Shown here piece after piece: positions 39,201-49,559 of a stretch of 64,000 nt of DNA (its first letter is position 1; each line of letters starts with the position of its first letter). A program made the position numbers and the translations under genes. The stretch is from Nemertoderma westbladi (taxonomy: Eukaryota; Animalia; Xenacoelomorpha), in assembly GCA_032718475.1 (NCBI GenBank), contig JAUCBJ010006774.1, positions 81,326 to 145,325 of the forward strand, read 5' to 3'. Under the pieces are notes generated by a model. That model had not been told where the DNA came from. It did no database searches and saw only the letters and a program-made list of their open reading frames with translations.

Positions 39201-40321
39201 GGGCTCTTTAACACAGGAAATCTGTCAAACGAAGCTTTCAAGAGTATGCTCAGACTTATCCAGCGAGTGAAGTACTGCCCTAGCCTCACCCTCCAATACT
39301 GCCTCCGTATTAACCTTGATAAATCTTGTAATACTTCTAAAGACAATTACCTAGGACTAGGTGGAACTTATAACAGAGCAAATCAGGAGTACGCAATTCC
39401 ATCTACCAACTCACTTTTAAATTCAGTGTACAACAAGAAGTCTCTAATGAAATACGTCTGTGAAGGCACAACAAGTTACATTGAAGATCGACATATTGAT
39501 TTCATCACATCTGTATTTACCCTCAGAAGAGAACATTTCTCCATTAAAAATCAACGAATCAGGGAATACTTTAATGTATAATACCACACCACACACACAG
39601 ATCATTGGTACTAACACTCGTTATTTTACCTTAATGCTGGATTAGTGACTTCCAAAATTAAAGTTATAAAAATTGTATTGTGTATATTGAGATGAACCAC
39701 TTACATCAACCAACATAACGGTTTAGCTGTGCTCTCGTGACTGGGTGACTTAGTCACCAATTTTATATGTGCAGCTATTAAATACTACCACTATGCTATC
39801 AAACCAACTACCGTCGACTGGCTGTCATGCTATTAGTCTTGTTATTAACCATCCAAATCGTAATCCTGCTTGTTTCCACCCTACCGGTAATTAATTTCCG
39901 TATCAATCAAATCATTATTACATTACTATCGCTTCATTTGATGTCTGTGAACCTAACTAATGAACTGCATAATGTATAAATATTGTCTCCTTTTGCTTCA
40001 TAATCAATGTCAATCATAATGTTATTTCAACTATTGTTTCTTATTTAACTTTGCCCAAATCTCATACCAAACCAATAATAAACACAATCTACTGATTATG
40101 TTATACTTATGCACACTTATTGCACACTTACTATATATATACATATGCCTATGACATCTTATTGTAAATTTTAATCTGTGCTGTGTAATTTTTAAATTTT
40201 AATTTGTATCTCTGAATGTCTTATACCGATTTTAATGTGTCAATCTTGTGCACTTTTATTATATGTTCTTGTGCAATTTTATGTCAATTTTATTTGATTA
40301 AAACAATGAAATGAAATGAAA
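36290..40321 (+). mobile_element. LINE (RTEX/Proto2-like) with intact EN-RT ORF, ~740-bp 3'UTR and (TGAAA)3 tail; 5' boundary approximate
   Basis: Intact ORF 36357-39581. ATTAAA at 40297, then TGAAATGAAATGAAA at 40307-40321. No TSD recognised. Confidence 0.85.
36357..39581 (+). CDS. Non-LTR retrotransposon APE-endonuclease/reverse-transcriptase polyprotein (1074 aa, uninterrupted)
   Basis: EN motifs TYNCRG, QEHWL, GVGGTALF, YAP, IDANA, SYIDHV, SDHSPV. RT motifs GKAPDFD, FRPVS, QTAYRKG, DIQSAFDEVNH, GILQGSILSPHLF, YADD, FLGY. Confidence 0.96.
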   Translation: MGGLHHLQADTTAGLISPESSSTDMHCKTERLDMSTNDVIYRKEYLATKDALPLTQLRISTYNCRGFNGNAPYITDLLEDCDVLGIQEHWLDAQECELFLRNLHIEFEVEFTVSKQMSNPLRKRGVGGTALFYRKNIFNVINKFESGGDITGIVTNVKSLNVNPIALIAGYAPDSGKDDQTFSSFLGRLEATLTHFSHATPFIMIDANADIGSSQGPRCNQQQPTKRGKMLLNFLTDNKLTAVDTLELCNGPCHTFQGHGNSYIDHVLTNLNGLRLCTEGQVYDHDELRNGSDHSPVSIKLYPILAPATEPKEEAISNTTVRMKCTKKQLLLNWNKTSAENISKYKIEVNTNLKALQEEYGNNPITWTEKIMNVYLEKVTHTIQQAASKFIMKITIRKKTKNLRIINKKLNSRSKTTKGLYKQWCSNGKSPYDPLGEAFKESKKNSRRLRNWLANKLTADQVLRATSNKNTSPKDYWKFFSTKKNSPKAADPTTEERIKSYFSKKFRCENDNTNTQDLLTLNKDLDDECDGSCTPVISELWVKCAIFSLNRGKAPDFDTLTVEHLLNLDPIVISVCLRNVIQAALLLGKVPTSFGRTLLNTIHKGSRKDPYCPKSFRPVSTISIFAKIMEAIILKHYLTNIAPAELQTAYRKGLGTDIVVAALLELIHNNEKQNQGTYVCQMDIQSAFDEVNHCKLFNKLRHKINPYVCRMLVHYYSNSYMFIKFGQCIDTDGFKVTIGILQGSILSPHLFNFFLREVFTDMENIKLGCFINNQWLGCLSYADDILLISTLSSEIEMMSARLNESLRKIGLGIATDKTKWTYCKPPRSNKYIPCFLNLMGDLVPFSRSITFLGYKVFHEPITAYHDVICKITLLSEIFHRNGWTSRKHEVKDVRKIWNSCALPSLLYNLTFQIGTLTDTQVKSLDAYYRKHLRGLLCVGNYLSNSTVIGLFNTGNLSNEAFKSMLRLIQRVKYCPSLTLQYCLRINLDKSCNTSKDNYLGLGGTYNRANQEYAIPSTNSLLNSVYNKKSLMKYVCEGTTSYIEDRHIDFITSVFTLRREHFSIKNQRIREYFNV

Positions 40322-40329
40322 TATTTCAG

Positions 40330-40491
40330 AGTTTGAAAATAGGAGATAACACAGTATATGACGGCGTAGTGGGAATGGCGGGCATCCTGCCAGATTACCG
40401 ACAATATTGCGACATTGCAGAACCATTGCTTTGTGCGGATCACCCGGATTGCGAATTAATTTGCTGTGACGATAAAGACATGTGCAACTAA
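40330..40491 (+). CDS. Coding exon 2 (terminal) of the secreted Ly6/uPAR three-finger-like protein
   Basis: Acceptor TATTTCAG| in phase 0. Translates SLKIGDNTVYDGVVGMAGILPDYRQYCDIAEPLLCADHPDCELICCDDKDMCN*, ending in CC-x5-CN directly before the stop. Confidence 0.8.
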   Translation, partial: SLKIGDNTVYDGVVGMAGILPDYRQYCDIAEPLLCADHPDCELICCDDKDMCN

Positions 40492-40567
40492 ATAACTATT
40501 ATTTTAAATTAATTGTGTTCGCATGAGTACCGGTTCCTCTGTACTTACTTGTGAATGGTGGTGGATT

Positions 40568-40573
40568 AATAAA
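40568..40573 (+). promoter_or_regulatory. Putative polyadenylation signal of the three-finger-like gene
   Basis: AATAAA 77 nt after the stop codon. Confidence 0.5.
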
Positions 40574-40589
40574 CAATAAGTCTGAATTA

Positions 40590-41540
40590 CTGGGTTTCGG
40601 GTATAGTTTGTACTACCCACAACAGCTGGGTTTGGGGTATAGTTTGTACTACCCACAACAGCTGGGTTTGGGGTATAGTTTGTACTACCCACAACAGCTG
40701 GGTTTGGGGTATAGTTTGTACTACCCACAACAGCTGGGTTTGGGGTATAGTTTGTACTACCCACAACAGCTGGGTTTGGGGTATAGTTTGTACTACCCAC
40801 AACAGCTGGGTTTGGGGTATAGTTTGTACTACCCACAACAGCTGGGTTTGGGGTATAGTTTGTACTACCCACAACAGCTGGGTTTGGGGTATAGTTTGTA
40901 CTACCCACAACAGCTGGGTTTGGGGTATAGTTTGTACTACCCACAACAGCTGGGTTTGGGGTATAGTTTGTACTACCCACAACAGCTGGGTTTGGGGTAT
41001 AGTTTGTACTACCCACAACAGCACATCATATTTTAGTCTTTATATTACTGGGTTTGGGGTATAGTTTGTACTACCCACAACAGCACATCATATTTTAGTC
41101 TTTATATTACTGGGTTTGGGGTATAGTTTGTACTACCCACAACAGCACATCATATTTTAGTCTTTATATTACTGGGTTTGGGGTATAGTTTGTACTACCC
41201 ACAACAGCACATCATATTTTAGTCTTTATATTACTGGGTTTGGGGTATAGTTTGTACTACCCACAACAGCACATCATATTTTAGTCTTTATATTACTGGG
41301 TTTGGGGTATAGTTTGTACTACCCACAACAGCACATCATATTTTAGTCTTTATATTACTGGGTTTGGGGTATAGTTTGTACTACCCACAACAGCACATCA
41401 TATTTTAGTCTTTATATTACTGGGTTTGGGGTATAGTTTGTACTACCCACAACAGCACATCATATTTTAGTCTTTATATTACTGGGTTTGGGGTATAGTT
41501 TGTACTACCCACAACAGCACATCATATTTTAGTCTTTATA
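40590..41540. repeat. Biphasic minisatellite: 12 x 36-bp then ~8 x 62-bp
   Basis: 36-bp unit CTGGGTTTGGGGTATAGTTTGTACTACCCACAACAG. The 62-bp unit is the same sequence plus CACATCATATTTTAGTCTTTATATTA. Confidence 0.97.
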
Positions 41541-41559
41541 GGTAATAAACAATTATTTA

Positions 41560-43900
41560 CTTATATTTAAAAAATAGGTAATTTGGTGAAAATATCGAGA
41601 CTTGAAAAATATCGAGAGTAAAAATAACGAGTATTGAAAAATAACGCGATTTAAAAATATGGATAGTACTAGATTGTGACAACAGTCGAAAACAGGCGAA
41701 AACAGTTGGAATGTGGGGAAAACAGACGAAAACAGTTAGATCGTTTAAAAATAATCATCCATGCATCTAGGTGGGATAAATATTTCTCCATTTGACGCAA
41801 CACCGCCGCGGCCGCTATGAGGGAGGTGAATACCGCGGCCGCTCCTAAAGCCGCAGGCCATCGCTAACTATATAGGTTAACTTGGGATTCTGGGGGACTT
41901 TTCGATGAAGGAACAGACCAAATTTTTTTATTTTCTCACCAGGGGAGCGGCTCGGAATTCTAAGATATTAGCAACTCTAACATTATTAAATCTAACCCTT
42001 CGACGGACACGGCGGACAAAAAACCGTCATTTTTTCGACAATTTTAAAAAATTTTTGAAAGGCGCTCTACAGTGGCTCGAAAAAACCCTAGGTTATTGCT
42101 TAACCGACGCCGGGATACGATAGAAGGGATTAATTAGTGAATTCGTTTTTTTTTTCAAAAAAGATTACCACGCCTTTTTTCCGAAAATGTCCGTCAAAGT
42201 TGAAAAAACGGACAAAATGACTTTGCGGGATCCGCTATAACTCGGCTAATATTAATCGTACGGGGACGAAAGTAACGCGGTTGGAAAGGGGAAGAGTGGT
42301 ACTACCTTCGTATCGAATGGGGGTAAGATATTTATTAAAATTTCGGGTGGAAAAAGGGGCTGTAAATTTATACGTTTTTGTCCGTCTTTTTTGGAAAACT
42401 TATTTCCGAAATGTTTAATTCGACAACGCGGGTAGGAATCCACTAATTCTTTTATGAAACTCGTAGAAGACCATTGGGGCTACGTTCCTATCGAATGGGG
42501 GTACAAAAAATATGTCGGCAATAGGGGCCAATAAGGGCCAGAATTTGTAAAGTAGTTTTTATCGAATAATTTTTTATTTTTAAATTTAGTTGGTTAAGGT
42601 ACATTCTATACAGTCAATATCCATACGGGGAATTCAAATATGCTATTGGTTATGCTCCAAGGATGATATTAAAAAAATGAGGGCCAAAATTATAATTTCG
42701 CGCTTCAAACTTGCTTCGCGGGAAATCGTCTAGCTCGAAAACTATTTAACTTACGGGAGATTTGTTTACACAGACTTATAGTGCGTTAAATTATCTATCT
42801 AACAGCGTTAATCACAGCGCCGGAGGTATTATAAAACTGGAGCGGCAGGCGATCGTGTGAAATATAATATTTATAAAAAGGGACGAAAATTTTTTTTTTT
42901 TAACAAATCGCTATTCCATTATAATTTAGCGTATTGCGCCAAAAGTACCTGTAAAAAGTATCAAATTAACTCCGCTATCTTTTATCTTAACATATATAAT
43001 TAAAATTACGAATTTTAATGGTCGAAAAATATCGCGTTATTTTGGCCCTTTTTTTAAATTTTTTTGGGGCCAAAAATAACCCCTTCTCAAAAGATTAAGA
43101 AAAAAATTACGGCAAAGAATATACCAATTTTATTGAATTTGGACCACCAGAACCGAAGTTAGAGCGATTTTAGTGAAAAAATAAAAATAATTTTTTTTGC
43201 AAAAAAATTAAGAATGGTCAGGTCAATATTGAATTTCGAACCCGCGAACTTAGGTTTCATTAACGTGATTGATAATCACTAGACTATGTGACCAAGTGAA
43301 TTTGAAATTTTCGAGTGACTATTTTTAAACATAAATAACTTCGGTTCTACTGGGCCGTTTGATCTGAAACTTTTTTCATTGGATAGAGGATAGATTGTAG
43401 TGTGTGAAATAGGATAAAACTTGGGAAAAGACTTATGTGCACTTAGTGCAAAATGCACTTAAATAGTGAACATTTTTTCGATATTTCAAACACTATTATT
43501 TCCAGTTCTATTCATCGTAGAATGTTATTTTTTGTATTAAAATGTAGTTTGGAATGATTTCTAACTATAATCGAAACATTTGTTTAACTTTTTATGTCTA
43601 TGAAGTGACTTAAAATGTCCATGAATATGGTCCAAAATCGCAAATCCAGATTTATTCAATTGGATTTTTGACACTTTTAGCGACTGACACTTGATCATAC
43701 ACCATCGTAGATCGGTAGAGGATAAACATAAGTTTGTTAAATAAGAGCCACCATTACGATCTGCTAAAGTGCATTTGTACAAATAAGTGTGCAAATAAAA
43801 GTCATGAAAATAAAAGTGCAAATTTTTTAATAAGGTCAAATTATATAGTATTGGGTTATTTTCTTTGCAGATACTTTATTTTCATATTAATATGTTGTTT
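41560..43900. mobile_element. Probable non-autonomous DNA transposon-derived sequence (termini not resolved)
   Basis: Non-coding with A/T runs. Internal direct repeats (TATCGAATGGGGGTA at ~42311 and ~42489; CCGCGGCCGCT twice) and an inverted repeat (AGAACCGAAGTTA ~43150 vs TAACTTCGGTTCT ~43336). Confidence 0.35.
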
Positions 43901-45088
43901 GAACCTTACTGAGCGCATTAGGGGATATGCGTACAAATAACCGGCCCTTATGAGGCTTCGATTGGGTAAATTAATAAAACATAAGGTTGTATAGTATAAT
44001 ATTCTAAAAACCAGTGTGATATTAAATGCACTTTAAATAATAAATAGAAATCAAATAACAATTGGACCACACAATTAAAAACTCGCACAATTTTGTACTT
44101 ATTATATCGCTTCAAATTAATTCAACAGTGGATATTTGGGGGAAGGGGGAAGTTACAGTGTGCATTCGGGGGAAGTTTGGTGAACTGCATTTATGCAGTG
44201 AATCCAAACTTCCCCCTTTGATATATCATATACTTAAGACATGCTAGGGTGACGGGGAAATATTTGTTACTGTCACACTTTGCTTCCATTTATCCTATCC
44301 TTTATTATTACCCCAGTCAGATAAGAGATAATAAATCAGTAAAAACTAAACTAAACTGTCTTTCATGCAAACAAATTTCTAACTAAAGACGGGTGAATGA
44401 CCATGACCATGGAAATAATTTTAAATATAATTGTATATCAACTATTTGGGGAGGCTTCCAAGTTAAACCCGAAAACAATTATTTTGTTACATAGTAAATT
44501 AACGTTGTATGTTCTTCTTCCTTTCATAATAACATATAAATGAAATATCTCAGATCGCTATGCCCTGTAACATTTCACAACCAAAATATTTAAATGTGAA
44601 AAGTGTAGGCCTACCACACTCCGCCCAAACAACCGCAAACGCATAGCCAACAAATTTAACAAAAGGTTACATACATGTTGGGTTCATGACGAGATGAGTG
44701 AAAATTGATCGCGTAATATAAAGTAAAAAATTAAGAGACGGGCTGGCTCTCCTCCACTTTCTTACCCAATGGATATGTTGTTGTAATAATCTAATATTGG
44801 GGCGGCTTTCTCTCGGTGAAAATGGATATTGAAGTTAACTACTTTATCTTAATCTAGTTTAAACTTTAGTGGCATTTATAATGTCGCTAACTTCAGCTTA
44901 AGATGACGTTCTACCCATAAGGCCATAACCCAACCAGTGTACAATAACACTGATTACCCGTTGCATGATTATGGATTACTCCAGTACTGCAGTAAGCCTA
45001 CAGAGTAGGTAGAGTATTCAGTAAGTCTATTGTACCGGCACCCGTACCGGCACCCGTACCGGCACCGATAGAAGAAGATGTTGAAGTA

Positions 45089-46181
45089 CAGTCCCAATTC
45101 CAATAAGCATTAACTTGGTAATTTTGGTGGCCAAAATGGCCAAATAAAAACTGCGGTATTTATGAAAGGAACTCCTCAGGCCCGTTGGCTTGTCAATCAC
45201 AGCCAGTGAATAGAGGCTGAGTGTAAGTAAAGCCCAGCATGTTGGCACTTAGGTAGAGAGAAAGCATCCCTCTCCAGGGGAAATTTGACGCAAATAACAG
45301 ATGATTACTCTCAAAAATAAAACTGTAACCTGTTCATTTATGTTTAATTTATTGTTTTGGTTAAAATAACGTGTCACTGTAACCTGCTCCTTTCCCTAAA
45401 TTGAGAATTTAACATTGAGGCGGGATATTAATTCGCCAAGGCGAGTTTTGCGTTCAGCCCCCCCCCCCCCCCCCCCCCTGTCTCGATAATTAATAATTAC
45501 ATAATCATAAAATCACCCAAATATGCCGACTATTTGCTTTGCTTTTTGCTTGTTAGCACAGAGCCAGAGCCTATTGTATGTAATGTTTTCAGTTAGTATC
45601 ACCCTCGAATTCAGTCAGACCCAGCTACTAGAAATAGGCCGCGCCGCCTAATGTGAATTTCATCAGTATACCGAACTCTTTCGAGACAGAGTGTCGCTAT
45701 TTAATAGCTGCCTCTTGCCCTGTAACAGACCCAGTTACTAACTATAGAACTATAATTAGGACGCCTTCATACAGAACGTTGCCATTTCATAATGACTCTA
45801 AACTGAAGCTACACAAAGGAAAAGGTGCGAAGTGATTATCTAATAATAACACACAAAATCCGATTATTATACATACTCCTCCAACTCCCTTATGACGTAT
45901 CAGCCTGTGCTGTATCTATGCCTCAGTGGGTGGTCTCTACTACAACTGCAATGACTCAGCTCCGGGTAAGTTAACAATCTGTCAATAAGAAAAATGAAAG
46001 CGAGCCGACATTTAGTCACAGCAACCAAATGGATGGCCAATGAGACGGACTGTCTGGACTTAGCTGAGTCGAGTTAAATCGCTTCGCCAAAACGACCTAA
46101 CAACCCATAGGAATACACTACATTTTTTGGCGATTTTGGCCGCCAAAACGACCAAAATAATGCTTATTGGGATTGGGACTG
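45089..46181. mobile_element. Tc1/mariner-type MITE (TA TSD, ~60-70-bp imperfect TIRs)
   Basis: TA|CAGTCCCAATTCCAATAAGCATTAACTTGGTAATTTTGGTGGCCAAAATGGCCAAA... is mirrored by ...TTTGGCGATTTTGGCCGCCAAAACGACCAAAATAATGCTTATTGGGATTGGGACTG|TA. Confidence 0.88.
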
Positions 46182-46464
46182 TACGAAGTTCCGGTATCTT
46201 CGCTTCCAGCTGTTTCCGCCATTATCAGAACAAACAAAATTATTTAATGCTGAAAATGAAATAGGCCTATGTGCCTGTTTTATTTAACGTATCTGGTATC
46301 GGACAGACATGGAGTTCAGACTTAGGCTTACAGCACTAGCTACAGTACTACTACTGTATGACAATCAATAAAGTGCATCTCTGCAATAATAATAAATTCA
46401 ATACGGTACTACCCAACCGGCACGGGTACAGTAACTACAACAGGTACCAGTACGGGTGTAAACG

Positions 46465-47695
46465 CTACGCCTACACCTACGCCTACACCTACAGTACACC
46501 TACGCCTACGCCTACAGTACACCTACACCTACAGTACACCTACGCCTATGCCTACAGTACACCTACACGTACGCCTATGCCTACACCTACGTCTACACCT
46601 ACGCCTACACCTATGCCTACACCTGCGCCAACACCTACGCCTACACTTACGCCTACAGTACACCTACACCTACGCAATACACCTACGCCTACACGTACAC
46701 TTACACCTACGCCTACACGCTACACGTACGCCTCTGCCTACACCTACATCTACAATACACCTACACCTACGTCTACACCTACGCCAAAACCTATGCCTAC
46801 ACCTGCGCTTACACCTATGCCTACACCTACACCTACGTCTACACCTACAATACACCTACGCCTACGCCTACAGTACACCTACGCCTACACCTACGCCTAC
46901 ACCCCTATGCCTACACCTATGCCTACGCCTACGCCTACGCCTTCGCCTACGCCTACGCCTACACATACACCTACACGCACACGTACGCCTACACGTACGC
47001 CTACACATACACATACACCTAAACCTACGCCTACACCTACACATACACCTACACCTACACCTACACCTACGCCTACATCTACACCTACACATACACATAC
47101 ACCTACGCCTACGCCTACACCTACGCCTACAATTACACATATGCCTACACCTATACCTACACCTATGCCTACACATACGCCTACACCTATGCCTACACGT
47201 ACGCCTACACCCACACCTACACCTACGCCTACACCTACACCTATGCCAACACCTACACCTACGCCTACACCCCTACTACTAGGATCGGCATGCTGCATTG
47301 CAGCTGCATTCTTAAGAATGCTGTGCCGGCTTATCGACAAAATTCCTATGTCTACACCTACACCTATGCCAACACCTACACCTACGCCTACACCCCTATG
47401 CCTACACCTACACATACGCCTACACCTACACCTACGCCTACACCCCTACACCTACGCCTACACCTACGCCTATAGTACACCTATACCTATGCCTACACCT
47501 ACATCTACACGTATACTTACACCTACCCCTACACCTACACGTGCACTTATGCCTACACCTACACTTATGTCTACACCTACGCCTACACGTACAGCTACAC
47601 CTACGCCTACGCCTATGCCTACATGTACACTTACACCCACACCTATGCCTACATCTATGCCTACACCTACGCCGACACCTACGCCTACACCTACA
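46465..47695. repeat. Degenerate hexamer microsatellite (CCTACA/CCTACG/CCTATG)n
   Basis: Direct reading; it produces spurious Pro-Thr / His-Leu ORFs. Confidence 0.95.
47276..47344 (-). mobile_element. ~70-bp RTE 3' end inserted in the microsatellite
   Basis: Reverse complement of the RTE tail at 34727-34800. It is flanked by a ~54-bp near-perfect duplication (47222-47275 / 47345-47398). Confidence 0.9.
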
Positions 47696-47865
47696 GTATA
47701 TATTAGATATGGCAAATATACAGTTTTTAAACTAAATCGTAGAAGCAAAGCAAAATGTATCGAAATTTTTATAGTTTTACGTAAGACTAATGTACAAAAT
47801 AGATATTTAAGTGATATATTCCCACGGCTTCTTTGATGGAGCTCGACCTCGCCCCCTGAAATGAC

Positions 47866-49430
47866 TCAATGGCGCTCGGACTCCTGCGTCGGGTTTTCTG
47901 CGGTTCTGGAACGCTGGGAAAGCGTCTCACAAAGTCGTCGTGTGCTCAAACCAAGCAATCCTCGTCCAACTCCAGGTGTTTGTCTAATCGGGTCGGATGG
48001 AGTTCCTGTAACGCTCTGAGGGAGGAGCGGAACCGAACTGTCCGCTGACGCCTCGCTCTCAGATGTCGTATGAACCCTCATGGGTTCGGGCAAAGGATAT
48101 CCTGTCCCTCCTGGCAGTTCTCTAGGAAGGGAAACGGTGTCTCGGGCAATCCGGATCTGCGATTTGGATGTTGTCCTCTCCACTACATTAATTATCCACT
48201 TTACATCTTGTCCCACTTTCTGGGATCAAAGTATACGGTGTGGGGCGTCCTCTTGAGGATGGTGCATCTTATCCGACAATGGAGTAGCTTTAAATTTGGT
48301 TTCTCGCAAGATCTCCTCGTCGTCGAGTATACAGGACGTCACTCGTTTGTTGTAAACCGCACTCCTTTAAGCCTAAGCGATAGTGCCCCACGCTCCTCGG
48401 TTGCGTTGTTCGACTCGTAATTTGTCAAACTCTCCAGCGGTAATCCGATTCACCACGGTTTGGAAGTTCCAGGTGTTCTTATTATCCGGGTGTATCTGGA
48501 GAAAGTAATCTCGCACAACCTTGAATCCGCTATCTAGAGGCAGTATGTCAAGAACCTCTAACAACTCGTCGTACTGAGGCATCGCTGATACGTATCCCTC
48601 CTTTGACATCACTAAAGGGTTGACAGCCCTGAATCCTATGTGTGCTCTCATTGGGAACCGCCGTCTCTGCGCTGACACGTGCTCATCCGCCAAATCTTCC
48701 CAATGGTCGAACAGCTGCCGCATAATCTGTACCAACATGTGTTCGTAAGGAACATCCCGAAGTTGGCACTCTGATGCCCTATGTCCCTTGATATTGCAAT
48801 AGGTGCATTAGGTGGATCTCTGATCTCCGCACCAGTTACAAACCAAGTCCGGCAAAGATATGTGTTTGGCCCCACATTTCTTAGCGTGATGTCCCATAGC
48901 TCCACATCTTCCACATATGGTATTAGCAGGATACCAAACGCGTTCGTTTATTAGATCGCCAATAGGGCGAGCGCTACCATCTACCATCCACGTGATAATC
49001 GTAATCGTCGGGGTCAGTTGGTATGTTCGTCTCCATGGGTTGTACACAGACCATAGCATCGCTTCTCTCGAGTTGACGAATCTCGGTTTGTGTCTTCCTC
49101 GGAAGATTCTCCTCTCTTGCGATAATTTACTGCAACGGCTCGTTGATTATCGTGGACTCGGTCAAATCGTCATCAGGGTGATGAATGGTAGGTGCGCACG
49201 CCTTCCGTGATTCTTCCGGGTCCGTAATCTCCGCATGGCATTCCCCTTCATAGGGTACTAACATTAACATCGATGGTCTTTCGACGAGACTTCCCACATG
49301 GATGCGATAAACATCGGTGTTGTAGAATGGGTGAAGGAATCAAAGAAACATATCGGTATGCGTCCTCCCTCCTTCATAAACCGTATGTCCTACTCCGAGG
49401 CACAATGGGTGTCGCTTTAGAGTCCTAGAT
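47866..49430 (-). pseudogene. Decayed CCHC zinc-knuckle (gag/ORF1-like) coding sequence
   Basis: ORFs 48808-49059, 48373-48738 and 47866-48216 share one frame broken by stops. Knuckles CGRCGAMGHHAKKC (48874-48915) and CTYCNIKGHRASEC (48766-48807) flank a broken CNWCG. A 7-bp duplication (48974-87) links to an upstream frame. Confidence 0.7.
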
Positions 49431-49559
49431 ACTATATCGGCGATGAAACACACGTTAATACACACTATAGAACACTATAACACACTATAGCCAAGTAGTA
49501 TTGTAGGATTATCCGCGGAGGTGAGGTAATTGCCCAGTGTGATGGGTTCCATATCTGAC

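Noticed and set aside
21930-41540. 36-bp repeats as CRISPR arrays
   Set aside because: Units are directly adjacent with no unique spacers, no cas genes are present, and the context is eukaryotic.
46465-47695. Interstitial telomeric repeat
   Set aside because: The unit is (TGTAGG/CGTAGG)n, not TTAGGG or TTAGG, and it is heterogeneous.
46358-47836. 492-aa Pro-Thr mucin/extensin-like ORF
   Set aside because: Translation of a hexamer microsatellite with mixed phases; it reads through an antisense RTE tail and has no signal peptide.
48955-49000. YHVDGSARP as an RNase H first motif
   Set aside because: No downstream RNase H catalytic residues were recognisable; zinc knuckles follow immediately.
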